Positions 45,380-55,472 of a stretch of 64,000 bases of DNA are shown here, piece by piece. Origin of the DNA: an uncultured virus (IMG/VR IMGVR_UViG_3300000956_000008) (Duplodnaviria; Heunggongvirae; Uroviricota; Caudoviricetes); IMG/VR virus record IMGVR_UViG_3300000956_000008, one strand, 5' to 3'. Position numbers and translations under genes: made by a program. Numbering within the stretch: position 1 is the first letter of the stretch; every line of letters starts with the position of its first letter. The notes under the pieces are model-generated. The model was not told the DNA's origin. It searched no databases and was given only the letters and a program-made list of their open reading frames with translations.

Positions 45380-47796
45380 TATTGCCTCTCTGCTTGTTGT
45401 GCTCTTGCTGCTCCAAGAGCATTTCTCAGAGACGCTTCGAACATAGGTTGTAGTTCAGGTTGTAGTTTCTCAGCAAACTCTTTAGGGTTACTGATACCTT
45501 CCATGTTGAGTTGCAAGGTGAATCCACCCATGTCAATCTTAGCAGGCTCGCTTGTTGTATTACCGCGATCCACAGTACCAGAGTATGTTGTTGGCATATC
45601 GTTGCTGCCCATCAACTTCTGAGCAATGGATTGTCTTTGACTAGCAGGGCCAGTCAGCCAATCACCAAGACCACTCATACTATCGCCAAGCCCACTAAAC
45701 CAACTACCACCACTACTACCGCCTTCACTGCTACCACCGCCTTGATCCCATCCAAAGTATTCCTTAGCTCTTTGGTATGTAGTCTTACCACCCAACAGGT
45801 TGATGCCACTTGCAGCGTCATCGGCTGCACCAAGATCACCATTGAAGATGGCTTGGATCATTTGCATCGTCTTGAGGATGTTTTGCAGTTGGTTATCAAC
45901 TTGTTGGAGTGCTGCGAGGAACACATCGTTAAGTGTCAACCCTTTAAAGGCTTCACCAACTGGCCCCAGCTTATCCAGCAACTGTCCAAGCATACCAACA
46001 ATACCTTCGAAGGACTTCTTAATATTGTCAATGGCTTCTTGAGCACCCGGAGTTTCTTTTACGAAGTCTCCGAATACACTGTCACCACCTGCCATATAAG
46101 TCAGGAAGTCATCCAGTGCAAGAGCAGCAGCACCAAGAGCAACAATGAATCCACCGAATGGAAGCATGAAGATACCAATAGCAGCAGTAAGAGTTGCTAG
46201 TTGGTTCTTTGTCATACCAAGTTTGTCAGCAATCTTACCCCAGTTCTCACCAAGGTGGCCGATCAAACGAATCAAAGCGTTAACTGGCTTAATCAAGATT
46301 TCAAACGCAGCACCCAGAGCTTCAGTTAGAGGCTTAGCTCTTTCCATGCTGTCTGTTAGTGCGTTGAAGAAGCTTGCCATACCACGGTCAAATCCACCTT
46401 CGGAGAACAACACTACAGTGTCTTCAAAGGCTTTGTTCATTCGACCTTGAGCAACACGTGTTGTCAACAAAGACTTGGCGTAAGCATCATTCTTGTCAGC
46501 GAGGTTTTCCATCAGCTTAGCAAGTTCAGGCAGAATCTTTGTAGGATCGCCCTTACCTTTCTTCATGATATCTTCAAACTCTGCCACACTACCAGTCTTA
46601 GAAATACCAGCGTTCTTAGCAGCTTCTGCAAGAAGTCTCATACCACCCGGCATACGTTCAGAGAATTGTTGTCTTGCTTCTTCGGATTGGATTTTGTCCT
46701 TACCGAACATTTGAGACAAGGCTCTCATGCTACCCTTCATAGACTCTTTATCAAGTCCGTGAACAGTACCGTACTTCATGATGCCACGGAACATATCCTG
46801 TGTACCACCAGCACCAATAGAAGGTGCAGAGGCTTGGAAGATGGAAGAGAACTGCGGAGCAATGTCACGGAAGTTCAGACCCATTTCCTTGGACATGTTT
46901 TCAAGGAATGTTTTGTTGGAGTTGAATGTCTTCTCATCACCAGAAACCGCGTGTAGGCTGTTTGTAGCAGCTTGCACTTGTTGGTTGATCTGGTTCATCT
47001 GGCTGAAGGCGAACGCAGCTCCTAGACCCGGTAGAGCGCCTCTGGCGAAGCCCATTGCAGAGCTTAGGCCACGGTCAACCTGAGAACGTCCATGTCCACT
47101 ACTGCCCCCACGTCCACCACCAAAATCTTGGTCGCGGGCATTGATACGGATACGGAATTCATGGGAAGCAATTGCAGCTTTGATTTCGTCGATCAGGTGT
47201 TGCTTGTCAACTTTCAATCTCACTTGAGGATCAGCAATGCGAATCTTCAATGCACCAATACTATTCTGAGCATGTTTCAATGCACGACGTAGCTTGATGA
47301 TAAACTGGGTTGTGTTGATGTTTGCTTCGACTGTGATCTTCTGACGCTTACCAACAGCGTTAAGCTCTGTACGTAGTTCACGTTCCAGATGTGTCAAGTC
47401 AAGACGAACTGGTAGCTTGAGGTCCATCTGGCCCAACAGGGTTTTGATGAAGCGCTTCTGTTCTACTAACTTGCCGATATCAACTCTGATGTTGTTCAGG
47501 TTGATGGTTGTTTTGTTCAGGTAATCCTGAATTCGTTTACCTTGAGTGTGAAGTGCTTCTTGGGAGATATCAACATTGTTCAGAGTGATTTTGGTTTTAG
47601 TGGCCTTATCAATCTGAGCACGAAGCGACCTGCTGTCAAGAGCAACCTTCACTGTGAATTTCTTATTGGCTAGAGTCGACAACTCTCGCAACATGCCAAG
47701 CACGCCACCGAGTTTCTTTTCGAATGTAGCCAGTGGACGGTTGTCAACTTGAAAGACAAGTTTACCCGTCAGGCGAGCAATTTCCTCTTGAAACAT
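45379..47796 (-). CDS. tape measure protein
   Basis: 805 aa helical; ALSQMFGKDKIQSEEARQQFSERMPG tape-measure motif. Confidence 0.9.
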   Translation of the reverse strand: MFQEEIARLTGKLVFQVDNRPLATFEKKLGGVLGMLRELSTLANKKFTVKVALDSRSLRAQIDKATKTKITLNNVDISQEALHTQGKRIQDYLNKTTINLNNIRVDIGKLVEQKRFIKTLLGQMDLKLPVRLDLTHLERELRTELNAVGKRQKITVEANINTTQFIIKLRRALKHAQNSIGALKIRIADPQVRLKVDKQHLIDEIKAAIASHEFRIRINARDQDFGGGRGGSSGHGRSQVDRGLSSAMGFARGALPGLGAAFAFSQMNQINQQVQAATNSLHAVSGDEKTFNSNKTFLENMSKEMGLNFRDIAPQFSSIFQASAPSIGAGGTQDMFRGIMKYGTVHGLDKESMKGSMRALSQMFGKDKIQSEEARQQFSERMPGGMRLLAEAAKNAGISKTGSVAEFEDIMKKGKGDPTKILPELAKLMENLADKNDAYAKSLLTTRVAQGRMNKAFEDTVVLFSEGGFDRGMASFFNALTDSMERAKPLTEALGAAFEILIKPVNALIRLIGHLGENWGKIADKLGMTKNQLATLTAAIGIFMLPFGGFIVALGAAALALDDFLTYMAGGDSVFGDFVKETPGAQEAIDNIKKSFEGIVGMLGQLLDKLGPVGEAFKGLTLNDVFLAALQQVDNQLQNILKTMQMIQAIFNGDLGAADDAASGINLLGGKTTYQRAKEYFGWDQGGGSSEGGSSGGSWFSGLGDSMSGLGDWLTGPASQRQSIAQKLMGSNDMPTTYSGTVDRGNTTSEPAKIDMGGFTLQLNMEGISNPKEFAEKLQPELQPMFEASLRNALGAARAQQAERQ

Positions 47797-47808
47797 ATAG
47801 CCTCACTG

Positions 47809-48018
47809 TTATTTATTCTGGGCAGCTTGTTGTGCTTGTTGGATACGAGCTACCTCGTCCATTTCAAACTTCGCATCAAGTATCTCGATGATGTTATAAA
47901 TGTCCTCTACGTTGCAGACGGTTTGCAACTCAACATAACTCGGAAGCCCTTTGATATCACTTGTGATGATACGGAAGATTTCCCAGTCTTGAGTGTACCC
48001 ATCCTCCACTCTCTTCAA
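47809..48018 (-). CDS. tail assembly chaperone C-terminal extension (gpGT-like, via -1 frameshift)
   Basis: The -1 frame is open from G-GTT-TTT (48087-48081) to 47809. Confidence 0.65.
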   Translation of the reverse strand: MKRVEDGYTQDWEIFRIITSDIKGLPSYVELQTVCNVEDIYNIIEILDAKFEMDEVARIQQAQQAAQNK

Positions 48019-48053
48019 GCGAGGATGAGTTGTCTGTGGCTCCGCGTTAGAGT

Positions 48054-48416
48054 TTACAGGACGCCGGAACCTAGCATCTGAAAAACCGATCCGTAGTTGA
48101 ACTCCACAATCTCTTTCACCAACAGGAACAGCTTGTCGTATTCACCGGCAAACTCTGTGTTGAAGTTGATCGCTACGCTTCCTTTGGAAGCAGATGTAAC
48201 AAGGGCGATAACCAGTGCCTCAGCATTGTCATCTAGGTTTTCGAACAAGATGTTCAGAGCCTTAGCAACGCTAGCCTCTTCACCTTGCAGAACAGCGAAA
48301 GCAGGACCAAGAGTTTTGATCAGTTGCTTACCAAGTTTCAAACCAGTCATACCCGGCAGTTGAGTCAGCAGGTAAGTTTCGCCGTTGATGAATACTTCTT
48401 TTTGTTGAATAGCCAT
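48054..48416 (-). CDS. tail assembly chaperone
   Basis: Position before tape measure; FAGEY..LF.LV..IVEFNY. Confidence 0.8.
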   Translation of the reverse strand: MAIQQKEVFINGETYLLTQLPGMTGLKLGKQLIKTLGPAFAVLQGEEASVAKALNILFENLDDNAEALVIALVTSASKGSVAINFNTEFAGEYDKLFLLVKEIVEFNYGSVFQMLGSGVL

Positions 48417-48426
48417 TTATTTCTCC

Positions 48427-48963
48427 TTAACTAAAGTAACCAGAGATTGCACCAAGTCCGTCAGACACAAGTCCTTCAGCACTGGACATTGCTCCAGAGA
48501 TAATATCCGTAATGTCGATACCGTTAGAGGCGTTACCACCTACGTTACCAGAACCAACTACGAACGATAGAATTTCGATTTCCCATCTACGAGTGATGAT
48601 GCCTTCAGCGTTGAAGGTCAGCTCAGGGAAAGTTTTAATGAAAGCTTGGGATGTTGTGAAGCGGGATGTACCAGAAGAGTCTTTCAAGCTAACTGGGTCG
48701 AGCAGACCGGCGTGGGCCTGAGCGTCTTGCAGAACGATATCTGTGAAAACATCGTTTGCAATGGACGTAGGTAGAAGCTCTAATACCAGCGTAGCTTGTC
48801 TGTCTTGGTTGTAGACGCGAGTGTGAACACCGCGAATACCCTTGCGGACGTGGAAGACCGCAGAGTTCCACTGCAAAGAAATACTCACAATACCCGGAAC
48901 AATCCAGCCACAGACGTTAATAGTAACACTGCTTGGGTCATACGTCAATACATTACCAGACAT
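48427..48963 (-). CDS. tail-tube-like structural protein (paralogue 3)
   Basis: TYDPSSVTI...L.PTS.AND. Confidence 0.7.
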   Translation of the reverse strand: MSGNVLTYDPSSVTINVCGWIVPGIVSISLQWNSAVFHVRKGIRGVHTRVYNQDRQATLVLELLPTSIANDVFTDIVLQDAQAHAGLLDPVSLKDSSGTSRFTTSQAFIKTFPELTFNAEGIITRRWEIEILSFVVGSGNVGGNASNGIDITDIISGAMSSAEGLVSDGLGAISGYFS

Positions 48964-48972
48964 ATATACTCC

Positions 48973-49479
48973 TTAAATGATTTGGAAGTTTTGTAGGGCT
49001 GGCAGAACAGAAGCTCCAAGGCCAAGGATAGACGACAGGTTGCCATCATCACCGTTACCACCAACGTTTACGATTACGTCTGTAGCTGCGAAACGCCATG
49101 TACGCGCTTCCATTTGATTGGAGAAGACGATTTCAGGAATCTCTTCAATCCAAGCTGTTGCAGCCATAAACATTGTGCTTCCACTTCCGTCTTTGATGAA
49201 CAGTGGAAACTTGCCCATTCCGGTAACTTTATCAACGTTCCAGAGGGTAGAGAAAATGTCGTTACCGCTAGAAGATTGTGCGAGAGTAATCTCAACTTTC
49301 CAGCCGGTGTCTGGGCTCTTGATACGGGACATTGTGCCGTCCATAGCCCTTACTGTTGTACATTGTTGCGTGTCCTTGATGATGCGAATGAACGTACCTT
49401 CGGCATAACCTGTAACGGAGTACAACCCTGCTACGGTAATGGTCACATCAGTTGGGGAGTAGTTTAGTAGGCTTGCCAT
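48973..49479 (-). CDS. tail-tube-like structural protein (paralogue 2)
   Basis: NYSPTDVTI...LAQSSSGND...KDGSG. Confidence 0.7.
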   Translation of the reverse strand: MASLLNYSPTDVTITVAGLYSVTGYAEGTFIRIIKDTQQCTTVRAMDGTMSRIKSPDTGWKVEITLAQSSSGNDIFSTLWNVDKVTGMGKFPLFIKDGSGSTMFMAATAWIEEIPEIVFSNQMEARTWRFAATDVIVNVGGNGDDGNLSSILGLGASVLPALQNFQII

Positions 49480-49557
49480 TTGATAAGTACCTCCATTAGG
49501 TAACATCCAAGAAAAAGAAAAGGGGCCACCACGAATGGAAGCCCCTTAACGAATGTA

Positions 49558-50082
49558 TTACGATTGAATCCATTTTGCAGCGATAGTACCGCCGAGAGTT
49601 TGAACAGTGTTCTGATCTTCTGGAGTCAAGATTGCGTTACCACCTGCATAACCGTCAAGGTTGAATGCTTGGATAACCCAGTCACGTGTCATCATGCTGT
49701 TAGAGAAACCAGCGTTAGGACGTACACCGATGTAAGCATCGTCAGAGAAGTATGTAGAACGTCCAGAGCAGTCTTTCACTTGGATAGAGAATAGACCATC
49801 GGAGTTACGACCGTCGTTGTTGAACAACAGAGACAATACGTCGTTAGATGCAGAAGTTTGTTGGAGGCTTAGTGTCAATGTCGCAGAGTTACTTGCGTTG
49901 TAGACACGTGTACCTGTGTTGTCCGCACCAGTGTACAGAGCGTAACGAGGGCTTGTCCATTCGATGTTAACGATGGAGTCCTCAGAATACCCGCTGATGA
50001 TGTGGGCAATGCCAGTGCTCGATTGCGTGATGATAATAGTCACGTCATTTGGAGCGAATGTAGCAAGACGTTGTGTAGCCAT
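49558..50082 (-). CDS. tail tube protein
   Basis: TFAPNDVTI...GAD...LQQTSASND...KDCSG; follows sheath. Confidence 0.85.
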   Translation of the reverse strand: MATQRLATFAPNDVTIIITQSSTGIAHIISGYSEDSIVNIEWTSPRYALYTGADNTGTRVYNASNSATLTLSLQQTSASNDVLSLLFNNDGRNSDGLFSIQVKDCSGRSTYFSDDAYIGVRPNAGFSNSMMTRDWVIQAFNLDGYAGGNAILTPEDQNTVQTLGGTIAAKWIQS

Positions 50083-50113
50083 GTTAGTCTCCTATTAGAG
50101 GGTGTAACCGTAA

Positions 50114-51397
50114 TTAAACGGTTACAGTCCCTGCGATTTTAACGAAGTGGATAGCACCAGCCAGACGTGCTTCGAATGTAATGCCTTCGAAGATACGTTG
50201 AGCACGGGCGTTGACAGACACGCTAAGAACATCTGGTACTTCAACAGTTGGGGCTGGGCTTGGGGCCAAACCACCAACACGGATACCATCGTTCAACTGA
50301 GCACGAATCTCAGCTTCGATAATAGCGGCACCGGCTGCTGTGTAAGGGATTTTCTTACTGTTAGCCATACGGCTCCACAGGCGTTCTTTCATGCGTTGTT
50401 CTAGCCAGTCAACAAAGATCATTACATCGATCCACTCTCCACCGAACATCTTCGCTCCGATAGTGCTGCTCAAGCCACCAACTCGTTCGTATGTCGATCC
50501 AGATTTGTTATGGACGTTTGTAGATTCAGTATCAGACAGGGTAGACACTGTAACACCGCTCAGAGTCTTGTAAGCCCAAGTGTTAGAACCCGGTTGCTCT
50601 TGCAGTTGGTAGCCAACCCAAGCAGCTTCTGGGAACTCTGTATCGGCTGTTGCACTGTAAAGACCGAAGGTACGTTGGTAGCCAAGGGCTTTCAGTTTCG
50701 AGAATGTATCAGTTGTAGAAGTTGTCTTAATGTCAGCAGACGAAGAAGAAGTGGCGAACACTTTCTTCATGCCCTCTACTTGAGCAGCAACTGTCAGAAC
50801 ATCAGCCTCAAGGTGGGATTCAATCATAACGGCATACCAAGTGTTATCCACTACAGTAATTTCGTTGATTGTTGTTACCCAAGATTCAACAGATGGGCTG
50901 TTAGCCTGAGACATGTTGTCGCTGACTGCCAGAGCATACCCAGTTGCAGAAGCAATGGTTAGAGAACCGTCAAGGTTGTCAGTAACAGTAACATCTGTGA
51001 TTGGAGTCACGTCGTAAGCAGTTTTCAGTCCAGCAGCAATAGTGATTGCAGTGTCTAGTCCACCAGCAACAAACACGAAAGGAACTCCGCTGATTGTCAT
51101 TGTGTACGAACCAACTGCAACAGAGTTGATGTTAACTGTAGAGCTTGGAACCAAACGACGGCCCATTACGATCTGCGATGGTTTCAATACTTGGCTGAAG
51201 AGTTTCTGAGCAACGATGTACGCTGTATCAGTTGGTTCAAAGTCTTCTGCGACAGCAGTCAGGCTAGAGTATGTACGTGCTCTTTCAGCAAACTTGGTGT
51301 GAGCAGAAATGAACAGAGGTACGTTGAAGTTTGTTTGAGCAACAGCAGCAGTTTCTCGGCTGATGTTGATTTCAATGATATCCGTAAGAACGGTCAT
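50114..51397 (-). CDS. tail sheath protein (DUF3383-type)
   Basis: PGSNTWAYKTLSGV, GEWID, KIPYT, LAGAIH. Confidence 0.92.
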   Translation of the reverse strand: MTVLTDIIEINISRETAAVAQTNFNVPLFISAHTKFAERARTYSSLTAVAEDFEPTDTAYIVAQKLFSQVLKPSQIVMGRRLVPSSTVNINSVAVGSYTMTISGVPFVFVAGGLDTAITIAAGLKTAYDVTPITDVTVTDNLDGSLTIASATGYALAVSDNMSQANSPSVESWVTTINEITVVDNTWYAVMIESHLEADVLTVAAQVEGMKKVFATSSSSADIKTTSTTDTFSKLKALGYQRTFGLYSATADTEFPEAAWVGYQLQEQPGSNTWAYKTLSGVTVSTLSDTESTNVHNKSGSTYERVGGLSSTIGAKMFGGEWIDVMIFVDWLEQRMKERLWSRMANSKKIPYTAAGAAIIEAEIRAQLNDGIRVGGLAPSPAPTVEVPDVLSVSVNARAQRIFEGITFEARLAGAIHFVKIAGTVTV

Positions 51398-51408
51398 ACG
51401 TTATTCTC

Positions 51409-51978
51409 CTAAGTAGGTAGAGTGATTTCAAAGTCGGTTTCCAGTACATAGTCTGGTGGCCTGTTTGCATCGTGGTATACGCCGCCACCTTGAAGGGCAG
51501 TTGCATAATCCTGTTCTGTTGTGAGTACAGCCGCATACGCGAATACACAATCCAGTTGATAGATCATGTACATGTCTGTATCTCTTGGGAGTGGAAGTCT
51601 GCGAAGGCTGGACAGCTTGAACAGCGAGAGTCTATTCTCGGCCTGTAGCAAGTATCCATTCTGAGTCCTCAACTCAATTTGAAGCATTTGGGCCATATCA
51701 GCCACAGAAGTTTGATCGTCATACTTACCAACAAACTCAAATCTCACAGTTGCTTCGTGGTCTTGAATGGTTGTTTGGATAAGCTTCACGTCATCTTCAC
51801 CAAGGGTTGGTGTCGAGTTATACTCACGGCCAATTGGGTTAAGTTTCTTTACGTCAATAACGAGGTAAGGATTAACCGGCTCAGCAGCGTTTGTAAAAGC
51901 AAACAAGATGTTCCAGTCAGGGTGCAATGCGTTGACAATATTGTAGAGAGAATCTTCTAGGTCTTGATAAATATTCAT
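51409..51978 (-). CDS. tail terminator / neck protein
   Basis: Synteny before sheath. Confidence 0.65.
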   Translation of the reverse strand: MNIYQDLEDSLYNIVNALHPDWNILFAFTNAAEPVNPYLVIDVKKLNPIGREYNSTPTLGEDDVKLIQTTIQDHEATVRFEFVGKYDDQTSVADMAQMLQIELRTQNGYLLQAENRLSLFKLSSLRRLPLPRDTDMYMIYQLDCVFAYAAVLTTEQDYATALQGGGVYHDANRPPDYVLETDFEITLPT

Positions 51979-52343
51979 GTTAGCTCAACCCTCATGCACA
52001 AGGCTTTGTAATGGTTAAGTACACCCATGTCGTAATCAATAACCTTCATCACTTCATACAACTCACCCTTCCAGTAGAAGCGGTCAGCAGCATATCCGTT
52101 TGGTCCTTCTTTACGTTGTCTTAGCGAAGCGCCTTTCGTGTACACTTTGAGTGTTGCACGTGTTCGATCTGCTTCTGGCAAGAGGTAGGTGTCTGTGGAT
52201 TTCAGCACCGGTTGTACGTTGCATACAACTTGGACTGTACTCTCAGCTCCGGGGCTAGGACGCCCTCGAATGATTGTCTCAGCCTCACGGCGGATAATAT
52301 CGAGCGTTGTGTGTCCAGTTAGGAGCAGTGGTGGATTTCTCAT
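51975..52343 (-). CDS. head closure / stopper protein
   Basis: NVQP...LPE.DR...KVYT...YEV; synteny. Confidence 0.7.
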   Translation of the reverse strand: MRNPPLLLTGHTTLDIIRREAETIIRGRPSPGAESTVQVVCNVQPVLKSTDTYLLPEADRTRATLKVYTKGASLRQRKEGPNGYAADRFYWKGELYEVMKVIDYDMGVLNHYKALCMRVELT

Positions 52344-52354
52344 TTATGTACTCC

Positions 52355-52822
52355 TTAACGGTGGATGTGGAATCTGACAGACTCAAGCATCTTACCTGTG
52401 TCAATCAGTGGCGTATCTCTACCGCCTTTTTTCTCAATCGTCCTCTTGGAGTTACCGCCCATAGCGGCATATTGTGCGATGCTGATTTGCATCAACTCTC
52501 CAGTAATACGACCAAGGATGTTCAACAACCTTTGTGTGGCTGTTCCGCCTTTAATGACGTTACCGAACACTTGTTTCATCTGAGCAGCCATGATGGCTTG
52601 GTTAGTGCCTTCAGAGAAAGTGTCTGTCATGAAAGGTCTTTGTGGGTTATGCACAGTACCGAATTCGTTGTATGCAGCTACAGTAGCTACAGGCAAGTTA
52701 TGATTCTCAGGACCGTAACGATCCTCTTCAAAGAAACCAACTTCGACTTCCATACCGTTTAATTTGTCCAACCTCTTCATCAAGGCTGGGATTTTGTTTT
52801 CAAACTTAATACTGAAGCCCAT
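52355..52822 (-). CDS. neck / tail completion protein
   Basis: VEVGFF, VAAYNEFGT..P.RPF, PLIDTGKM. Confidence 0.8.
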   Translation of the reverse strand: MGFSIKFENKIPALMKRLDKLNGMEVEVGFFEEDRYGPENHNLPVATVAAYNEFGTVHNPQRPFMTDTFSEGTNQAIMAAQMKQVFGNVIKGGTATQRLLNILGRITGELMQISIAQYAAMGGNSKRTIEKKGGRDTPLIDTGKMLESVRFHIHR

Positions 52823-53282
52823 GACCACCACCTACACCGTCACACATCAAGTCATAGTTGTACTGCCAATTACCACATCCAAGGCGGAAGGGGCGTTCAG
52901 TAGGAACCATCACTGAGTTGTTATCACAGTTGACTCGGTTGTCATGCATATCTTGACGCGAGATACCACCAGCGTATGGCATAGCCACACTGATAGCAGC
53001 GTTAGGGTCTTTCAATATTAGCTCAAGGGCACGGTAGTAGTTACTAAAGATATCACCACCATATACCTCAATGTCACCAGTTCGTTCACGTGTGAATCGA
53101 GATAGTGTAAACAACAAAGTACGAGCAGCATCTAGTGTCGCTCTATTCTCATTGCCATTATATTTGTCGATGAAATACTGATAGTCTTCGTCGTGCAGCC
53201 ATTCCATATCAGGCCAAATGTCACCTACGTTCAAACGAACACGGTCAGTAGCACTTGTGGATGGCGAACCAGTGTACGGCAT
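52806..53282 (-). CDS. head-tail adaptor
   Basis: DRVRLNVGD....L.DE, PYAGGIS. Confidence 0.75.
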   Translation of the reverse strand: MPYTGSPSTSATDRVRLNVGDIWPDMEWLHDEDYQYFIDKYNGNENRATLDAARTLLFTLSRFTRERTGDIEVYGGDIFSNYYRALELILKDPNAAISVAMPYAGGISRQDMHDNRVNCDNNSVMVPTERPFRLGCGNWQYNYDLMCDGVGGGHGLQY

Positions 53283-53304
53283 ATCTTGGCCTCCTGTAAC
53301 AAGA

Positions 53305-53329
53305 AAGGGGCAGGCAAAGCCCGCCCCAT
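53305..53329 (-). terminator. terminator after major capsid gene
   Basis: GGGGC...GCCCC then TTTCTT on minus strand. Confidence 0.65.
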
Positions 53330-53334
53330 TTCAA

Positions 53335-54393
53335 TTAGGCACCAACGATGCCTTTAACGATCAACTGTGGACGGCGAAGCACGTTCAGGAAGTTGGACTC
53401 GGTTTGGATTTCGATCATCTGACCACGGTTGTCACCGAATTCGAAAGCGTATAGCTCTTGACCTTGGGTGTTAACGAAGTCGAAGTGATCTGCTGGTCCG
53501 AAGTACTGGACGAAGTTGTCACCATCGCCTACATCGCTTGGGAAGAAGTAGCAGTCGCCAACTGGAATCTGGCGAGAGCCATCTGGGTTAACCCCACGGT
53601 TTTCGATGTAAGTGATGTTACCGATTGTGAATTCACGGTAACGAGCGTCGTAGCCTTTCGCCTTCAGACGGTCACGAAGGATTTGTGGAGACTGAGCGTA
53701 AGCTAGCCACAGTGCCTTCATTGTTGGGTGGCCGATCAGCTTCGCGAAGAACTCTGGCGATGCAACAGCGAATACTTCACCACGTACAGTTCCGTCCAGA
53801 GCGTTGTCTTGGATAGAAGCGAAAACTTCTTCAGTTTTTGCGATGATATCGGTTGTAGCAGTGTTCAGTTCGAAGTCAACAGTTGTACGTGTTGCACCGA
53901 ACTCTGTGTACCAGTTGTATGTTACGTTGCCGTTAGGAGCGTAAGCAGTACCAGTTACGATTGTGTGCCAGATAGCAGCTTCGTGAGTTGCAGCCCAAGA
54001 CTTACGGATTACTTCAAGCTTACGCGCACGCACAGCAGCCAGAGTTTCCAGTTCGTCTACACCGAAAGCACGCTTACCTTGGATATCACGTGGAGTGATG
54101 GAGGCGTCTAGGGTGAAGTGTGGGATTGCAAATGCTTGCATTTTGCGAGTTGGATCGCTGACCACGGTGTGACGAGCACCACGGTGAACGTCTTTGATCA
54201 GACCGTATCCAACGGTGATTTCTTCAAGAGTAATAGTCTCTTGAGAAGTTGTGTCTTTTCCGAAGATGCCCAACTGTGTTCCAAGGAACCAGTCATTCGG
54301 GATAATCATCAGCGGCTGGGACAGGTCAGTGTATTCGTAGTTGTTGCCTGCGTAGCTACGAGTGGCCTGTTTAGCAAGTTGTACTGTAGACAT
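53335..54393 (-). CDS. major capsid protein (lambda E-like HK97 fold)
   Basis: DIQGKRAFG, FGPAD....NT.G, EIQTESN, RPQL; synteny. Confidence 0.92.
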   Translation of the reverse strand: MSTVQLAKQATRSYAGNNYEYTDLSQPLMIIPNDWFLGTQLGIFGKDTTSQETITLEEITVGYGLIKDVHRGARHTVVSDPTRKMQAFAIPHFTLDASITPRDIQGKRAFGVDELETLAAVRARKLEVIRKSWAATHEAAIWHTIVTGTAYAPNGNVTYNWYTEFGATRTTVDFELNTATTDIIAKTEEVFASIQDNALDGTVRGEVFAVASPEFFAKLIGHPTMKALWLAYAQSPQILRDRLKAKGYDARYREFTIGNITYIENRGVNPDGSRQIPVGDCYFFPSDVGDGDNFVQYFGPADHFDFVNTQGQELYAFEFGDNRGQMIEIQTESNFLNVLRRPQLIVKGIVGA

Positions 54394-54405
54394 TATGTCC
54401 TCCTA

Positions 54406-54792
54406 TTAAACGTTGTTGTAGGTAAGTTGATCAACTGCGAAGATGTTCTTCAGAGCCAGTTTGTCAGTTGCAGTCTTACGTTGGTTATCAGTCGTAACGT
54501 CAGAACCAAAGATAAGTGCAGCCTTACCAACTTTCGCGTGACCGCGAGCCAGTACCAATACATTGGTGTATTCGGCAGCAGAAGGACGAGTCAGGTCGTC
54601 AATCAAAATGTATGTAGCGTCAGCCAGAGTTGCAGCAACAACTAGAGCACCAGTGCTGTCAAGAACAGAACCTGTGATCGTAGCGTTTACAGCAGACTTG
54701 AGCAACACTTCACGTGTTACGCCAGAACCAGCTTCTTCTTCGTATACCAGCCAGTTGCTTAGACGTTGTACATCAGCAGCGTAATTTGCCAT
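54406..54792 (-). CDS. head decoration protein
   Basis: Gene before MCP; TRE, LARG motifs. Confidence 0.75.
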   Translation of the reverse strand: MANYAADVQRLSNWLVYEEEAGSGVTREVLLKSAVNATITGSVLDSTGALVVAATLADATYILIDDLTRPSAAEYTNVLVLARGHAKVGKAALIFGSDVTTDNQRKTATDKLALKNIFAVDQLTYNNV

Positions 54793-54818
54793 TGTGTGTA
54801 TCTCCTATAGATAATAAA

Positions 54819-55472
54819 TTACTTAACGCCGTAACGGGCTTTAAGGATTTGAGTTGTGCGATCAACTTCTTCTTGAGACTCTGCACCAGCACCGGCTACG
54901 CCTGCTTCTTGCATCATTTCAGAATTGTCAACTACAGATGCCATAGACTTCATTGTGGCAACGGTAGAAGCGAACGATTCATCGTCTAGACCAGCCAGCG
55001 ACTTCAATACAGCTTCTGCTTTATCAGCAGGAACTTTGGCATCAACCAGAGCAGCTTTACGCATTTCTACTTTAGCAGCTTCAGCAGCAGTTTCGAACGC
55101 AGCTAGTTTGTCTTGAGCGGCTTTCAGAACAACAGCTTGTTCGTCTAGAGCTTTTTGTACTTCGGCAACAAGCAATGCACCAGCGGCTTTTTCCAATGCT
55201 ACAGCATCTTCAACAGCTTTAAGTACAAGAGACTCATGCACAGATTTTTCGATTTGTTCCACGATAGGTTCCTCGATAATAGTAGTTGGTTGTTCAACAG
55301 ATTGTCCGGCTACAGCCAGAGCAATAGTTGCGGGGTCAATGTGATCAGTAGCTTTGAATACAAGCGTGGTGATACCATTAGCTGGCCCGCCTTGGTGCTT
55401 GCCAACAAGAGCAACGTGAGCGCCTTCATGTTCAAACTTAATGTCTGTCAGGCGGCGTTTTGCATCAGTCAT
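54819..55472 (-). CDS. capsid scaffold protein
   Basis: Helical Ala/Glu/Lys-rich; HVALV N-terminus; synteny. Confidence 0.7.
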   Translation of the reverse strand: MTDAKRRLTDIKFEHEGAHVALVGKHQGGPANGITTLVFKATDHIDPATIALAVAGQSVEQPTTIIEEPIVEQIEKSVHESLVLKAVEDAVALEKAAGALLVAEVQKALDEQAVVLKAAQDKLAAFETAAEAAKVEMRKAALVDAKVPADKAEAVLKSLAGLDDESFASTVATMKSMASVVDNSEMMQEAGVAGAGAESQEEVDRTTQILKARYGVK

